Assembly: GCF_964204645.1 (NCBI RefSeq)
Contig: NC_134026.1
Location: 7,959,950-8,023,949, forward strand
Reading direction: 5' to 3'
DNA: 64,000 bases
Source of the DNA: Tubulanus polymorphus
Taxonomy: Eukaryota > Animalia > Nemertea
Notes under the pieces: model-generated
The model's input: the letters and a program-made list of their open reading frames with translations, nothing else
The model's database searches: none
Told to the model about the DNA's origin: nothing
Shown here: positions 62,000-64,000 of the stretch, piece by piece
Layout of the letters: each line of letters begins with the position of its first letter
Numbering within the stretch: position 1 is the stretch's first letter
Position numbers and translations under genes: made by a program

Positions 62000-64000
62000 T
62001 TAATAACCATAAGGTAATGTTTTTATACCATCATCTGAAATATGCCTTTTATCATCAAATGGATTCAAACTAGTTTTTTCAGCTTCATTAATGTACATCT
62101 CGTGATTTTCTGATCTTAAACAATTCATTTTATCTTTCATTACAATTGATTTATATAAACACTTTATATAATCTTGAAATTCTATATGTTTATCAACCAC
62201 ATGTTTTGTTATTCCTTTTAACTTTTTAGCTTCATGATCTTTTGTTCTGTAACTATACATTTTACTTCTTATCCCAACAAATTCAATCATTTCATCACCC
62301 CCTAATTCATCTTTAAACTTACTAGGAATCTTTTTATTATCATTGCTAAATAGTTCATGATCTTTGGGATAATTGCTAAAATCAAAATGATGTTTTAATG
62401 TTTTTAAGTCTTTTGTTATATCATTTGTCTTGATTTTTAGTATGTAGGCGTCGGTATTTTTTTGGATTAATGGGAACCCAGAATTGAATGTTCCATCATC
62501 TGTTGATAAATCATAAACATAGTCAGTTGGGTTATATATTTCAAATAAATCTTTAACTTCTTCTGTTAACTCATTTTCTACATGTCTTAAATTAAAGCAA
62601 TTTGGTTTAGATTTAATCAATCCAATATTCATATTAAATCCTAATGAACTGCATAATATATTCAATCCTGATATAGCAACTTTTCCTTTTTGAGCTAAAG
62701 ATATTGTTTTGCGATTTTTGAAACTTTTTGAACCATCTGCAGCATAGAATCCAATGAAGAACCATTTTCTTAAATTATTTTTTGCATTTAATACATAATC
62801 TGGAACTATCTTTTCTTTTGTTGAAGTATTACTTTTAACTATTGCATGAATATAGAATTCATCATTATATTTTATAGCAAACTCTTTAGGATTATTTACA
62901 AGTATTCTATAAACTGCTGTTGATTTCATAACATCCATGATTTTAAATGTTTTATTTGGATAAACTTCTTCACAGAATTTCTTTATTCTTTCTAATAATT
63001 TTAAGTCTTGATTGCATAAATACCAGCAATATTGAGTGCGATTAACATAATTATACACACCTGCTGAACCATCACCCATGAAAAATCCTTTGATAAAATA
63101 TTCTTTTTCTTCTAATGTTTCGGGTTCTACATTATAAATATTATCAATAATTTCATCAAATGAAATATGATTCATTCTTTGGAAAAATCTTTTATGCAAT
63201 AATTCATCTCCAATTTTTATATCAGTTGGTTTTATTTCATCACCATTTCGTTTAATTAAACTATGATCTTCTGTAACATCTACAAATGCTAATTTAGTTT
63301 TTAACTCTATAGATTTTCTTATTTGTTTTATGCCTAATAATATTCTTTAATTTTTTCCATCCATTTCTTGTCCAAACATCCATTAAATCATTTATTTGTA
63401 TTAATTCTTTTTCTCCATATGAAATATAACATTCATTTTGTTTTGGAATTATTTCTGAAATTCTTCTTATCAATATTTTATTATTACATTTTAATAATAT
63501 TGGGGTGTCAGCTGTTACAGAATCAAAATATAATATTTCAATATGCTTTTCCCCAAAAAGTGGTTGTAAAACATTATAATAAAAATCATACATTAATAAT
63601 TTTGATACTTCTAAAACAGTCGAACCAATAAATATAGGTTTATTAAATTTCATTGATGTTCTTTTTAATTTAACTGCTGTTAAATAATCTTCAAATCTTT
63701 TATTTCCTAAATGTCTAGGACTTGATTGTAGGTGTCTTAATCTTTCAGAATTATTTACTAATTCAATATCATTTCTATTTCTAATATTTTCGCATGTTTT
63801 ACCATAAAAACTATTATTCATTAATTTGAAGAAATCTTTTTCAAAATCTGTTTTTGATATGGTTCTCTGTTGAGTATTGAAATCTATATATTTTTCTAAC
63901 CACTTCGATTGATTAAATTCAATATATCTATGTACTTTCTTTAATTTCATTCCTTGTTTTAGATAAAATTTTAACATTCTATAATGAACAATATAATTGT
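62000..64000 (-). pseudogene. polB: Protein-primed family B DNA polymerase (C-terminal part), intein-containing; N-terminus beyond window
   Basis: FFKLMNNSFYGKTCENIRNR, KPIFIGSTVLEVSKLLMYDFYY, YFD|TD, KFKDE, FVGIRSKMY, KLKGI, KTSLNPFDDKR, TLPYGY. Confidence 0.95.
62456..63521 (-). mobile_element. Intein with LAGLIDADG homing endonuclease in PolB (355 aa after removing one extra base)
   Basis: Block A SVTADTPILL, block B VDVTEDHSL, LAGLIDADG motifs FIKGFFMGDGS and FFIGFYAADGS, block F YVYDLSTDDGTF, block G LIQKN followed by extein Thr. Confidence 0.93.

Larger units (their letters stand above)
50260..64000. mobile_element. Endogenous Maverick/Polinton (adintovirus-like) element, right part beyond the window; left boundary approximate
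   Basis: Abrupt switch to very AT-rich, intronless, gene-dense DNA with pPolB, rve integrase, packaging ATPase, MCP and mCP. Confidence 0.95.

Noticed and set aside
63290-63310. Programmed frameshift or split intein at the ORF break
   Set aside because: A single extra A in an A5 run explains it, there is no new TAAATG start, and similar indels occur throughout the element.
50260-64000. Bacterial, phage or organellar contamination suggested by the AT-rich intronless genes and intein
   Set aside because: Gene set (pPolB, rve integrase with chromodomain, A32 ATPase, MCP, mCP) is diagnostic of eukaryotic Mavericks; no Shine-Dalgarno pattern; decay fits an endogenous copy. A misjoin cannot be fully excluded without reads.

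Overview
Eukaryotic (invertebrate animal) genomic DNA with three zones. (1) 1-35.3 kb: a multi-exon laminin alpha chain gene (LAMA3/5, Drosophila LanA type) on the minus strand. It runs from the signal peptide/LN domain at 35290 to LG5 at the window start, and its introns are full of MITEs, L2 tails and minisatellites. (2) 35.5-50.2 kb: a decayed CR1-group LINE bracketed by inverted repeats, two diverged GPI-anchored Ly6/three-finger genes, a foldback element and local duplications. (3) ~50.26 kb to beyond 64 kb: a very AT-rich, intronless endogenous Maverick/Polinton (adintovirus-like) element with packaging ATPase, rve integrase-chromodomain, major and minor capsid proteins, many membrane proteins and a protein-primed DNA polymerase B. 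The element is the main finding. Its PolB carries a full-length LAGLIDADG intein in the catalytic YxD|TD motif that resembles giant-virus PolB inteins. It encodes a zinc-finger/VLTF3-like late transcription factor. 14 of its 15 visible gene starts are T-run...TAAATG, the poxvirus late-promoter architecture. Together these suggest (inference) a virophage-like animal Polinton virus transcribed by a cytoplasmic pox/NCLDV-type machinery. This copy carries several frameshifts and stops. All protein assignments are by motif recognition; no searches were run.
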